Below are positions 12,320-23,902 of a stretch of 64,000 nucleotides of DNA, piece after piece. Made by a program: the position numbers and the translations under genes. The first letter of the stretch is position 1. Each line of letters starts with the position of its first letter. A model generated the notes under the pieces. That model saw nothing but the letters and a program-made list of their open reading frames with translations. It had not been told where the DNA came from and did no database searches. Origin of the DNA: Sminthopsis crassicaudata (lineage: Eukaryota); contig NC_133619.1 in the NCBI RefSeq assembly GCF_048593235.1, forward strand, positions 651,226,558 to 651,290,557, in the 5' to 3' direction.

Positions 12320-13520
12320 CCCTGGCACCCCCACTATCTCCTGAGAACCAGCCGGACCGGGGCCCTGGCACCCCCACTATAGTCTGAGAACCATCTGGAC
12401 CGGGGCCCTGGCACCCCCACTATCTCCTGAGAACCATCTGGACCGGGGCCCTGGCACCCCCACTATAGTCTGAGAACCAGCCGGACCGGGGCCCTGGCAC
12501 CCCCACTATCTCCTGAGAACCAGCCAGACCGGGGCCCTGGCACCCCCACTATCTCCTGAGAACCAGCCGGACCGGGGCCCTGGCACCCCCACTATCGCCT
12601 GAGAACCAGCCGGACCGGGGCCCTGGCACCCCCACTATCTCCTGAGAACCAGCCAGACCGGGGCCCTGGCACCCCCACTATAGTCTGAGAACCATCTGGA
12701 CCGGGGCCCTGGCACCCCCACTATCTCCTGAGAACCAGCCGGACCGGGGCCCTGGCACCCCCACTATCGCCTGAGAACCAGCCGGACCGGGGCCCTGGCA
12801 CCCCCACTATCTCCTGAGAACTAGCCAGACCGGGGCCCTGGCACCCCCACTATAGTCTGAGAACCATCTGGACCGGGGCCCTGGCACCCCCACTATCTCC
12901 TGAGAACCAGCCGGACCGGGGCCCTGGCACCCCCACTATCGCCTGAGAACCAGCCGGACCGGGGCCCTGGCACCCCCACTATCTCCTGAGAACTAGCCAG
13001 ACCGGGGCCCTGGCACCCCCACTATAGTCTGAGAACCATCTGGACCGGGGCCCTGGCACCCCCACTATCTCCTGAGAACCAGCCGGACCGGGGCCCTGGC
13101 ACCCCCACTATCGCCTGAGAACCAGCCGGACCGGGGCCCTGGCACCCCCACTATCTCCTGAGAACCAGCCGGACCGGGGCCCTGGCACCCCCACTATCGC
13201 CTGAGAACCAGCCGGACCGGGGCCCTGGAACCCCCACTATCTCCTGAGAACCAGCCGGACCGGGGCCCTGGCACCCCCACTATCTCCTGAGAACCAGCCG
13301 GACCGGGGCCCTGGCACCCCCACTATCGCCTGAGAACCAGCCGGACCGGGGCCCTGGCACCCCCACTATCGCCTGAGAACCAGCCGGACCGGGGCCCTGG
13401 CACCCCCACTATCGCCTGAGAACCAGCCGGACCGGGGCCCTGGCACCCCCACTATCGCCTGAGAACCAGCCGGACCGGGGCCCTGGCACCCCCACTATCG
13501 CCTGAGAACCAGCCGGACGG
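12320..13520. repeat. 43-bp minisatellite, 27 full units plus partial flanks
   Basis: Unit CTGAGAACCAGCCGGACCGGGGCCCTGGCACCCCCACTATCTC; unit starts at 12341, 12384 ... 13502 (1161/43 = 27). Confidence 0.97.
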
Positions 13521-14486
13521 GGGCCGGTCAGACTGCTCTGCCCTTACCCGGCCGGACACTAGTTTTTGTAACCCTGCTGTCTGAAGCCCATCCGAACTGT
13601 TCGGGTCCCCACGCCCGTCTGCCTGCTTAGGAAAGCGCAGCGAGAGCTCGGGGAGAAGGTTCTGTTCCCGATCACCCCGAGCAGCAGGCCTCCCAGTGAC
13701 CTTCCTGGGGCCCCGAGTTCCAGAGCTCTTGGCGCCCAAGTCCAGACTCCCTGCCTTGGGCCAGTTCTTAGCAATGCCATTTTTTGGAAAAGGTAAATTC
13801 CCACCCATAAAATCCCAAGATGCCGAAGCACTGGCAGCGCCAAGGATTGGGGGGGCGCCAGCTTCCTTTTCTGCGGCAGCAGCAGGGGCCAGAACCAGCC
13901 CGGGACGGGGCGGGAGAGGCGGAAGGCTCTGGTGAGCAGGTGCCCGCGGGCGTCCCCGGCAGGGGCTGAGGATCAACCAGGGGGCCGCCCTGCGGGGGAG
14001 GGGGGGGGGGGCAACTGCGCTTCTGCCCCAGCACAGGCACCTCCAGGTCCGGCTCATCCAGCCAGGGGGCTCCACCACAACGCGCCCACCGGAGGAGGAG
14101 CCCCCCTCCTCAGGCAACCCACTGCAGGGGGCGCTCCCGTTCTGTGACGCCCCTCCCTCACTGCCGCAGGTTTTACCCCCCAGTCCCTCCCTCTTCCGCG
14201 TGAAATGCACGCGGCTCTCCCAGCCTCCCCTCTCCTTCAGGACCCGCCCCCAGCCCCGCGGACCCCAGGGCCTTGGGCTCCCCTGGCTGTGGCCCCTCCC
14301 CCCCCCTCTGCGCCCCTCTCGGCGGAAGAAGCCGCTGGGCCGCCTCTCCTCCCGGGCGGGGCAGCCTCCCGGGCTCCCGCCCACCTTGGGAAGAAGCGCC
14401 CGGGGCTGCCCAGGCGGGCACTCCCCCCCCCCCAGCGATTTCAAAAGGAGCACAGTAGCCTTGCGGCCCCCCTGGGGCAAGAAACT

Positions 14487-14492
14487 TTTATT
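14487..14492 (-). terminator. Polyadenylation signal AATAAA, probably ODAD1
   Basis: TTTATT on + strand, ~200 nt past the ODAD1 stop codon. Confidence 0.7.
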
Positions 14493-14692
14493 CCCTGAGG
14501 TCACAGCATCACTGGACCCGCCCCGCCCCGCGTCCCCCCGGGCCTCAGCTGCGCCGGGGCTCCGGAAGGAGCGCGAGGAGAAGCGCTGGGGAGGGAGGGG
14601 CCCACCCGGCCGGAGCCGCCGCGCGCCGAGCCCCGCGGGGGAGGGGTGGGAGGTCCGTCGGACGCCGGCTGTGGGGCTGAAACCTGGGCGGC

Positions 14693-17600
14693 TTACACAA
14701 TGGACTTCTCCGCCTTCCTGCCGAACCCCAAGTTCACAGGCATCTGCTCCTTGCTCAGTTCCCGATCCTGGACCTGCGGTGATTGGGGAGGGGGGTGAGG
14801 AGGGGGGCCAGGAGGCGCCGGCTGGGGGCGCTGGGGAGCGCCGAGCTGCCCGCGGGCCGCCCTTCCCAGCGGGAAAGGGTTACATAGNNNNNNNNNNNNN
14901 NNNNNNNNNNNNNNNNNNNNNNNNNNNNNNNNNNNNNNNNNNNNNNNNNNNNNNNNNNNNNNNNNNNNNNNNNNNNNNNNNNNNNNNNNNNNNNNNNNNN
15001 NNNNNNNNNNNNNNNNNNNNNNNNNNNNNNNNNNNNNNNNNNNNNNNNNNNNNNNNNNNNNNNNNNNNNNNNNNNNNNNNNNNNNNNNNNNNNNNNNNNN
15101 NNNNNNNNNNNNNNNNNNNNNNNNNNNNNNNNNNNNNNNNNNNNNNNNNNNNNNNNNNNNNNNNNNNNNNNNNNNNNNNNNNNNNNNNNNNNNNNNNNNN
15201 NNNNNNNNNNNNNNNNNNNNNNNNNNNNNNNNNNNNNNNNNNNNNNNNNNNNNNNNNNNNNNNNNNNNNNNNNNNNNNNNNNNNNNNNNNNNNNNNNNNN
15301 NNNNNNNNNNNNNNNNNNNNNNNNNNNNNNNNNNNNCACACACATANNNNNNNNNNNNNNNNNNNNNNNNNNNNNNNNNNNNNNNNNNNNNNNNNNNNNN
15401 NNNNNNNNNNNNNNNNNNNNNNNNNNNNNNNNNNNNNNNNNNNNNNNNNNNNNNNNNNNNNNNNNNNNNNNNNNNNNNNNNNNNNNNNNNNNNNNNNNNN
15501 NNNNNNNNNNNNNNNNNNNNNNNNNNNNNNNNNNNGAGCACCATCCAGGAAAGGGTTACATAGAGAACACTGCATTTATAGAGAGACAGACAGAGAGAGG
15601 GAGATCTCATGAAGGGTAGAGCACCCTTCAAAATCCATGAAGAAGAAGGGGGCATAAGATAAAGTGGGGCACGGGGGAGGTAAGGGGAAGAGTTGGCCAG
15701 GAAGAGGAAGGCAGGCGCCTGAGGAGGCTGGTGGGAGGGAAGGGACCTGGGGATGATGGGGAATACAGGAGCGCCCGAAGAAGAAAGAGGGATGAGGAGG
15801 GGGGGCCCAGTTTCTCACCATCTTGAGGACCAGGTTTTTCAACTCGTCCGGATTCAGGGGTCGATCTCCTGTCAGCTCCATCCCCACAGGATCCTCCCTT
15901 GAAGGGAAGGGTCTGGCTGTCTCAGCGGGCCTGGAATCCTTCCCAGCCCCCTTGCCACCCCGAGGACCTTTGTTCCTTCGCCCCCAGTTCCATGGCCCTC
16001 TCATCCGGGACCCCCAGTTCCTCTGGTCTTCCCGAGTCTCCAGCTGCCTCCTGGGACTCTCCCCTTCCTGGGCGGTATCTCTGAATCGCCCCACCATCCC
16101 TCCCTCCACAGCCTTCCAGGATTCTGTCCTAGGTCCTCCCCTCCTCTCTTGTGGCCCCCTTCCCTCCCGGACCCCCAGATCCTCATAAACATCTTACATG
16201 GTGGGGGGCTGTGGGAGAGAGGCCTTCTTTGGGACAACCTCGGCAGTCTGGCCCAGAAGCCTGAGAGCAGTGGCCTGGGGGTTGTAGGTGGGGGATTCCT
16301 GAGGGGAGGAAGGCGGGGTCAGTTGGGGCGGGGGTCTTGGCGCCCCCGGCAGCCCCAGGGGATGCCACTCACCATGGAGAAGCTGTCGAAGGCCTGGGCG
16401 GCCAGCAGGTCAATCACCCGCTGCTCAATGAGGCTGAGGAGCAGCTCCATGATCTTGTTCCCCACGTGGCTGCCTCCCAGCAGCTGTTTGAGCTTAGAGT
16501 CGTCACACTTGGCCTTGTAGAACAGAGACTGGATTGCTGCAGGCGGGCCCCAGCGGAGGATCAGTGGCCGGCCTCCCCGCTCGGGGGTCCCACAGCCCAT
16601 GCCCCCCACCCGCCCCATCTCTCGGTCCCCAACTCACTCACCTACCTTTTCACAGCCCTTCCCCAGTGCCCCCCAAGCCCTTGGGGCTTCCGGCCGAGTT
16701 TGAACTTGCCCAGAGATCCCCAGGTTCTGGGGAGCTGAGTGGGGATCCCGGCCGAACCCTGCCCTCCGCCTAGGGTCCCTCACCCTCCTTGAGCTGCTCT
16801 AGGATGTTTTTCAGGTTGTTGTGCTTGGTCTCCACCATCTCAGCCTCCTTCTCCAAGTCCATCTTCCGCTGCTCCAGCTCTTGCAGCTGCTGGTACTGGA
16901 CCCCCTTGTCAGCCTCTTCCTGGGCCAAGGTCAACTGGGTTACGGCATCCTGGATCTAGAAACGGCAGGGACGTCGTCGGGGATCTCCGGCCGGCCTGGA
17001 GGATCCTCTGGGATCGGAGAGGCCCGGTGTGCGGGGACACCGAGGCCCGGGGGACGTGGGGGGAGCGGCGGCCCGGCCTGCGCCCACTGCGGGCGGGAGG
17101 GGGCTGCTGTGGGGGGAGAGCGGAGGCGGCGGCCCGGCCTGCGCCCACTGCGGGCGGGGAGGGGGCCGCTGTGGGCGGGGGGAGGCACTGCGGCCATTGG
17201 GGGCGGGGGCCGCTGCGGGGGGGGGGAGGCACTGCGGGGGGGGGGGCACTGCGGGCGAGGGGGAGGGGCCGCTGCTGCCATTGGGGGCGGGGCGGGGGCC
17301 GCTGCGGGGGGGGGCACTGCGGGCGAGGGGGAAGGGGGGGGCCGCTGCGGGCGGGTGGGTGGAGGGGGGCCCCCGCTGCGCCCCCAGCGCCTCTCACCTC
17401 CTGGATATCCTCTTTGAGTTTCTCCATCTCCGAGTTCTGCTCGTTGATAAAGGTGAACTCCGCAAAGTTTTTCTCTTCATCTGAGGTGAGGAGGAGGGAG
17501 AAACGGGGAGGCTGCGGAGAGCCGGAGGAAGCGGAGGGCTGCGCAGATGGCCGGGAGGGGAGACGAGGGGGGGGCGGGGAGGGGGAAGGAAAGGCAGATG

Positions 17601-20452
17601 AGGGAGGAGGGACCGACAGGGGGCGGGGGGCGGGAGGAGGGCCGGGCGCGAGCTGGGGAGGGAGGGTCAGGGCCTTACTTTCCAAGTACGTGTGGAAGAT
17701 GTCCTCTGCGCTGACCTGGCCCGTTATCTCGGCCAGCTTCTCCAGCACCTCCTCGTACTGGATGATGGCCTTCTCGTGCGAGGTCTTGCGGAGGCCCTCG
17801 GCCACCTCCCGCTCTGCGGGGGGCCCCGGCGTCAGCAGCCGGCCGCCCCGCCGCCTCCCTCCCACTCCGCTTCCCGCCTGTTTCCTCGCAGCGCCCGCCT
17901 GCTCCTCGGGCGGCCGAGGCCCCAAGCGCCCCGGTGCAGGCCCGGAAGCCTCTAGGAGCCCCCCGCTCCTCCCGCCCGAAAGCGACCTCCCACTTGGGCA
18001 CCGGCCCCACCCCCGCACTCCTCAGTTTCCCCAGCTGTCGGACGGGAGGAGGGGCGGAGCTGGACGTCTAGCCCCGCCCAAGCCGGCGCTGGCTTTCTCC
18101 TCCCGGCCGGCGGGAGACCTCCCGGGGGATTGTGGGGCCCCGCCCTCACCCCGCTTGCGCCGGGCCTCCAGCACCTCGGCGTCCACCAAGCGCTCCTGGT
18201 TCTTGGTGACCAGGAACTTGTGCAGCTGCTCGAGGTGGCAGATCTGCCTCTGGATCACCTGCAGCTCGGCGTTGTACTGGCTCACGTCCTTGTGCAGCTT
18301 CTCCTGCAGCTGGCTCAGCTTCAGCTTGGCTTCCTCCCTGCACGACATGGCGGCCGGGTGGGGAGGGGGCCCGGGGGCGCGGAGGGCCAGGGGCGGGGGA
18401 AGCGGCCAGAAGCGCGTGCGGGTCACAAAGGCACGCGGGGGTGGGACGCACAAGCCCCCCGCGGGGCCTCGGGGCGCCCGGCTGCCCCCCCCAGTCCTGG
18501 CCTGGCTTCCTCAGTCCGCATGGGCTGGGCCGGACAGAGCCACCTGGCCCCCGCGGTGGAGCGGCCCGACGTCCCGGCGGACAGATTCGAGAAAGGGCTG
18601 ACTCACAGCACTCGGGCTCCCAGAGGTACATGGGGGGCCGGCGCCCTCAGGCTTAGAGGGCCCCCCTCCCACCGGGATCCGGAGCCAGCTCGGGGAGGGG
18701 CCAAAGGTTACCTGGCATCGAAGGCCGAATTGGAGTTGTCGATGTGGGATTGAATGTCGGAGCGGATGTCATTCAGCTCCTGCTCAGCAAGGGCACAGCG
18801 GGTTGGCGGGGGAGCCGCGCCCCCCCCCTACGCGCCCCCGCCCCTGTCCGAGCCCCCACCTTCTTCAGCTGGTGGTTGATGTGCAGAAAGCGGTTTCTCT
18901 GGATGTGCAGCAGACCCAGCTCTTCCCGGAGGTCTCTGTTCCTCACCAGCTGGGTGTCAAAGCGCGTGATGGCCTGCGGGCCGGGAAGGCGGGGGTCACT
19001 GCGCCCGCTTCTGCGGGATGTCTGGGTCCCTCCCCACCCCCACCCCGCAGGGTCCCCAGGGCACGCACCCGGTTCAGCTGGTTCTCCAAGATCATCACCC
19101 TGTGCAGGTTCTGGGCCTTCCTCTTCAGGACAAGCCCGGGGCCCCTGAGCTCCTTCAGCTGCAGCAACACTCGGGTCTCCCACTTGGCAATCTGGGGCCA
19201 GGGTGGTCCGGAGGAAAAAAAGACGCCGTCAGTCCCCATTCCCCCTCGCTCCACCCCCCTCCTGGTGGGCCCTCCAGGCCAGACCCCAGCCCCCACTCCC
19301 CCTGCCCCCCTTCCCAGGCTGCGGCAAGAAGCCCAGGCCCAGATTTGCACCCTCTGCTGCTGTCCAGCTCAGGCCAGGGCCCTGCACTTCCTCCCCCAGG
19401 CTGCCCTGGAGTTTGGGTCCCTGCACCACTTCCCCCAAGCTTCTGTCCTCCAGGCAGACTCCCGCAACCTCCCACCTCCTCTCCCCTGTGCCCTCCCCAG
19501 GCCTGGACCCAGCACTCCCTATCCCCCTTCTCCCCTTCAGGCCAGGCCCATTACCAACCCCCTGCCCAGTTCTCCTCTCCCTCCCCACCTGGGCCAGGCC
19601 CTTGCATCCCTACCCCAGGCTGGGCCCCAGGTCAGGCCCCTGCACTGACACCCTCTCCCCCTCCCCTTCCCCACGTCAGGCTCCCCTCCCCAAGCCACGC
19701 CCCTGCACCCACCCCCTCCCCAGATTAAGCCCCTGCACTGACCCCCTCCCAGCAGGCCCCTGCATCGCCCCCTCCCACGCCCCATCTCCTCCCGGCCCCA
19801 CCTGTTGGTCCAGCTTCTTCAGATGCTGCTGCTCCTTGACCACCTCCTTGTACAGCTGCTGCCGGCGATCCAGGAGGCCCCGAAGACCCTTCTCCCGGGC
19901 CTGTTCCAGGAACCTGCGCGCTTGGTTCTGCGAGATGTTCATCTTCACTTGAAGCTCGGCCTGTTCCTGCTGCAGCCTGCAGATCTCCACCCTGCCGGGT
20001 CAGAGCCCGAGAGAGCTGGAGCTGGCCGGCACCTGGGGGGGGGGGGGCCGCCCCGTGCAACCCCCTCCTCCGTCAGGCGCAGAGCCGAAGCCAAGAGAGC
20101 TGCCCCGGGGGTGCCGGGGGCCCAGGCGCTCGCGCTCCCCGGTGGCGCCCCGGCGCTCGCGCGCCCCGCCCCGCCTCCAGCCCCGGGGCCCAGGCTCACA
20201 TTTGCTTGTGGATCCGCTGCTGGGTCTCCCTGCTGTAAGCCTGCCGCTCGGCCTCCATCACCCGGCATTGTCTCTGCAGGCGGCTCAGCTCCCCCTCTGC
20301 AGGGCAGGGGGGCAGGTGCGGGGCCGGCTCAGCCGGGAGGGGGGGAGGGGCCGGCCAGGGGCCCAGCTCCGACCCCCCAGGCCGGAGCACTTACCTGAGC
20401 TGTCCAGATAGGCTTCGCTGTCCTCCGAGCGCACGCTGGCGGCCAGAGGCAT
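14693..20452 (-). CDS. ODAD1: Outer dynein arm docking complex subunit 1 (CCDC114), 14 coding exons, 550 aa
   Basis: complement join(20395-20452, 20200-20296, 19802-19991, 19069-19191, 18860-18973, 18712-18779, 18150-18337, 17679-17813, 17398-17480, 16784-16955, 16373-16536, 16198-16298, 15819-15897, 14693-14773) = 1653 nt. All GT-AG with consistent phases. Peptides ELSRLQRQCRVMEAERQAYS, FDTQLVRNRDLREEL and EKNFAEFTFINEQN match CCDC114; synteny fits. The last exon lies beyond an N gap and is less certain. Confidence 0.93.
14888..15535. other. Assembly gap (Ns) in last ODAD1 intron, with a 10-nt island at 15337-15346
   Basis: Seen directly. Confidence 1.
16990..17385. repeat. Degenerate G-rich minisatellite in an ODAD1 intron
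   Basis: Recurring GGGGGGCACTGCGGGCG / GGGGCCGCTG modules. Confidence 0.75.
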
Positions 20453-20639
20453 GCTGGCCTGGGGAAAAAAGCTACTTCGGGGCTCCGGGGGAGGTGGAAG
20501 ATTCAGGTAGGGAACATGGGAGCGGGGGGCTAAGTACGCGGATGACGTCCGGGACATGGCGGACGTCCGGGACATGGCGGGGTAGCCCTAGCAGCCCAGA
20601 AGAGGACCTCGCCTGGCTATTCCCTCTGTTGTAGTCCTG

Positions 20640-20653
20640 GTTGCTGAGGTGAC
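20640..20653. promoter_or_regulatory. RFX X-box
   Basis: GTTGCTGAGGTGAC; reverse complement GTCACC-TC-AGCAAC fits GTNRCC-N(0-3)-RGYAAC. It lies ~190 nt upstream of the ATG of a motile-cilia gene. Confidence 0.7.
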
Positions 20654-20984
20654 TGGGCCAGCTGGGGGGATTGGGAAGCTGGCCTGGACGGGGCGGGCAC
20701 CCCTCCCTCACGCTCCTCCTCCCCTCCTCCCTCCCTCCCTCCGGCCCTCCCCTAACACTTCCAGGGGTGGCGGGGGGCCTGGCTCAGAGCATCTCCTCCA
20801 GAAGACTCCCGGTTCTTCGGGCTGGCTCTGGGCAGGCATGCAAGCCGAGGAGAGGTGGGGGGGGCGGGGTTGGGAGGGAGGGGCTGAGGGGGGAGAACGT
20901 GGAGGGACTGCGAGGCGGAGCTCAGGAGACTTGGGGCAAGAGTTGGGGGAGGTACTAAGAAGAGATCTGACAGAAGCTTTGAGA

Positions 20985-22145
20985 GAGTGGCTGAGGGGAG
21001 GACAAGGGCGGGGCTAAGCAGGACTGGGGGATTAACTAAGCGGGAGATTTAAGGTGAGGCTTTTGGAGGGAGTGGCTAAGGGGAGGAAAAGGGCGGGGCT
21101 AAGGAGGACTGGGGGACTAAGTGGGAGATTAAGGATGAGGCTTTTAGAAGGCGTGGCTAAGGGGAGGACAAGGGCGGGGCTAAGGAGGACTGGGGGACTA
21201 ACGAAGCGGGAGACAAGGTGAGGCTTTTAGAGGGAGTGGCTAAGAGTGAGAAAAGGGCGGGGTTAAGGAGGACGGGGGGGGGCGGGGGGGGGAGGGAACT
21301 ACCTAAGCGGGATATTTAAGGTGAAGCTTTTAGAGGGAGTGACTAAGGGTGAGAAAAGGGTGGGGCTAAAGGGGGCGGGGGGGGGGAGACTAAGTGGGAG
21401 ATTTAAGGTGAGGCTTTTAGAGGGAGTGGCTAAGCGGAGGACAAGGGCGGGGCTAAGGAGGACTGGGGGACTAACTAAACGGGAGATTTAAGGTGAGGCT
21501 TTTAGAGGGAGTGGCTAAGCGGAGGACAAGGGCGGGGCTAAGGAGGACTGGGGGACTAACTAAACGGGAGATTTAAGGTGAGGCTTTTAGAGGACGTGGC
21601 TAAGGGGAGGACAAGGGCGGGGCTAAGGAGGCCTGGGGGACTAACTAAGCGGGAGATTTAAGGTGAGGCTCTTAGAGGGAGTGGCTAAGGGGAGGACAAG
21701 GGCGGGGCTAAGGAGGACTGGGGGACTAAGTGGGAGATTAAGGATGAGGCTTTTAGAGGGAGTGACTAAGGGTGAGAAAAGGGTGGGGCTAAAGGGGGTG
21801 GGGGGGGGGACTAAGTGGGAGATTTAAGGTGAGGCTTTTAGAGGGCGTGGCTAAGGGGAGGACAAGGGCGGGGCTAAGGAGGACTGGGGGACTAAGCAGG
21901 AGATTTAAGGTGAGGCTTTTAGAGGGCGTGGCTAAGGGGAGGACAAGGGCGGGGCTAAGGAGGCCTGGGGGACTAACTAAGCGGGAGATTTAAGGTGAGG
22001 CTCTTAGAGGGCGTGGCTAAGGGGAGGACAAGGGCGGGGCTAAGGAGGACTGGGGGACTAACTAAGCGGGAGATTTAGGACGACTTTGAAAAGAAGCTGG
22101 GGCTGCTGGATCCAGTGGGACAAGGGCGGGGCTAAACGGGAGATT
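20985..22145. repeat. ~85-bp G-rich minisatellite, ~13 units, most with a GGGCGGGG GC box
   Basis: Unit 21481-21565, with the next GGGAGATTTAAGG at 21566; AAGGGCGGGGCTAAG recurs in most units. Confidence 0.93.
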
Positions 22146-22465
22146 CTAGAGAAAGCTTTCAAAGGGAATGGCTGGGGGTGCTGAGGACCACTGAGAGGAG
22201 GGACTTGGGGAGGAATTAAGATGGGGATTTAAGGGAAGGGTCGCTGCGGGAAGCTGAAGCCGAACAAAGGGCTTGGCGGGTTGTAGGAGTAGTGGCCAAG
22301 GGGCGGAGGGGGCGGGGCAGGAGGAAAAGGAAGGTGGAGCAGCGGAGGGGGGGGCAAGGAGGAGCTCCCCAAGAGGAGCTGCCGAGAGCACGGAGCTGGG
22401 GGAGGAGAGCGCTCAATCTGCAAGCGGCGAATGGGGCATAAGTAGACTGAGGGAGAGCTGCTCAC

Positions 22466-22625
22466 CGCCTCCTCCCTCCCTCGAGCCCCTGCCTAATGCG
22501 CCTGCGCACCAACAGTCTTCGCTCTGACTAGAACGGGGGCGGGGCCGCCCCATGGCTCCTCCTTCCCTCCCCCACCTTGGGGGATGGAGCCCCGCCCCCG
22601 GCCAAAGTAGCCCTCCACGTGTAGG
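22466..22625 (-). promoter_or_regulatory. Candidate distal ODAD1 promoter / non-coding exon 1
   Basis: Minus-strand donor GCG|GTGAGC at 22465; NRF1-like GCGCCTGCGCA ~22497-22507; GC box ~22535; CACGTG ~22617; CpG-rich. An unused acceptor TTTTTTCCCCAG sits just before the ODAD1 ATG (20459). Confidence 0.45.
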
Positions 22626-23479
22626 CCACCGGCGGCCCAGGCCGGGCCTCGAAGGCCGCAGGGCCGCCTGGGCTCGGCGCCCCACGGGACAGGGCGTGCC
22701 CCAAAGGTGCCTGCGGTTTCTAGCGCGAGGAAGCAGCTCGCTCTGGTGCTCAGCCTGATGCCTGGGGGCGGCCGGCCTGGGGCCCTGGCAGGCAGCGCCG
22801 ACGGCTGCGCACGTCCACCTGCCCTCTCCGGCCCAGTGCTTTCCGTCCTCAGGGTTGAAGGTGCGGCTCCCGGTTTGGCCAAACACTGCCTGATACCGGA
22901 GGACTCGCATCCCAATCCGGCTTTGTTTTAGGAGCTTCGCCCGGTCCCTTTCACCCCTGGCCTCGGACTCTCATGGAGCCCGGGGCTCTTCCTGGCTATC
23001 AGGCCGTGGCCAGGGACACCGGGAGCCCGGGTGCAAGAGAATGATCTGACTGCGGCAGAGCGCAGCCTTGCCCGCACTTACTCCCCCGGCCCGCACGGGA
23101 CATTGCTTGCTCCAGGCAGCCCAGGATCCTTGCTGGGGATGGGGGGGGGGGGGGCGGCCACATAGCAGGCTACTCCGCCAGCCAGTCAACTACGTGTGCA
23201 CCAAATGATTCAAATCCCCCAGTCCAGGGCTGTCCTCCCCCCACCACAGGTTGTAGGACCCCCGGTGCAGGAGGGGATGGCTGCTACCGGGAAAACTTCT
23301 GGCTGACAATCCGAATCAGTCTCCCAGAGCGCCCTCCCTTCTCTTCCTGGGAAGCCGGGCAGCTAAGGAAGCCAGCACCCTCCCTGGCCCCTCTCGAGGC
23401 CTCGGGCGGAAAACTCCCGGTTGGTCCTCTCTTCTCTCCAGGGTGTGGGGTCACCCGGCCTCCTTGTTCTCCTGGCTCC

Positions 23480-23640
23480 CTGACTGCTCCTCTGCCGGAT
23501 CCTCCTCCACCAGCCCTCTGGTCCCAAGTGTCCTGGGCCCTCTGCTCTCCTCGGATCCCAAGGATCTAGTCACCTCAAATCTGCCTTGCCTTCCCCAGTC
23601 TCTGCTGATCTCCAATCTCACATCTGCAACTGATGGGATT
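23480..23640 (+). mobile_element. Ancient L2 fragment
   Basis: gtcctgggccctctgctctcc and ctgctgatctccaatctcacatct resemble the L2 RT region as I recall it. Confidence 0.45.
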
Positions 23641-23902
23641 TACTGTGTCCCTCTGTCCCCAAGAAACTATCATCAGGTCCTTCTCACATGATTTAGGAAG
23701 AAACTCTTTAGAAAGCCCCACAGTCCTTCCCCCAACTTCTGGAAATCCTCTTACCAACTTTTGATTTAGTGCTCAGCATCAATTCAGGCAGGTCTGGCTC
23801 CCGACCTCGAGTTCCTGCCTTTGCACCTGAGCAACATCAAGGCTAAATTTCCCCCATAAAAGATCTGCTCATAAACTAAGATTATCCCAGGATCTGCTGG
23901 AC

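Noticed and set aside
12320-13520. CRISPR-like regular repeat
   Set aside because: Contiguous tandem units with no unique spacers; eukaryotic context; no cas genes.
13730-13739. TGGCGCCCAA resembling a tRNA-Lys primer binding site
   Set aside because: Only 10 of 18 nt match, with no adjacent LTR end or gag.
14200-15655. 320-470-aa ORFs spanning the gap
   Set aside because: Open only because of N runs.
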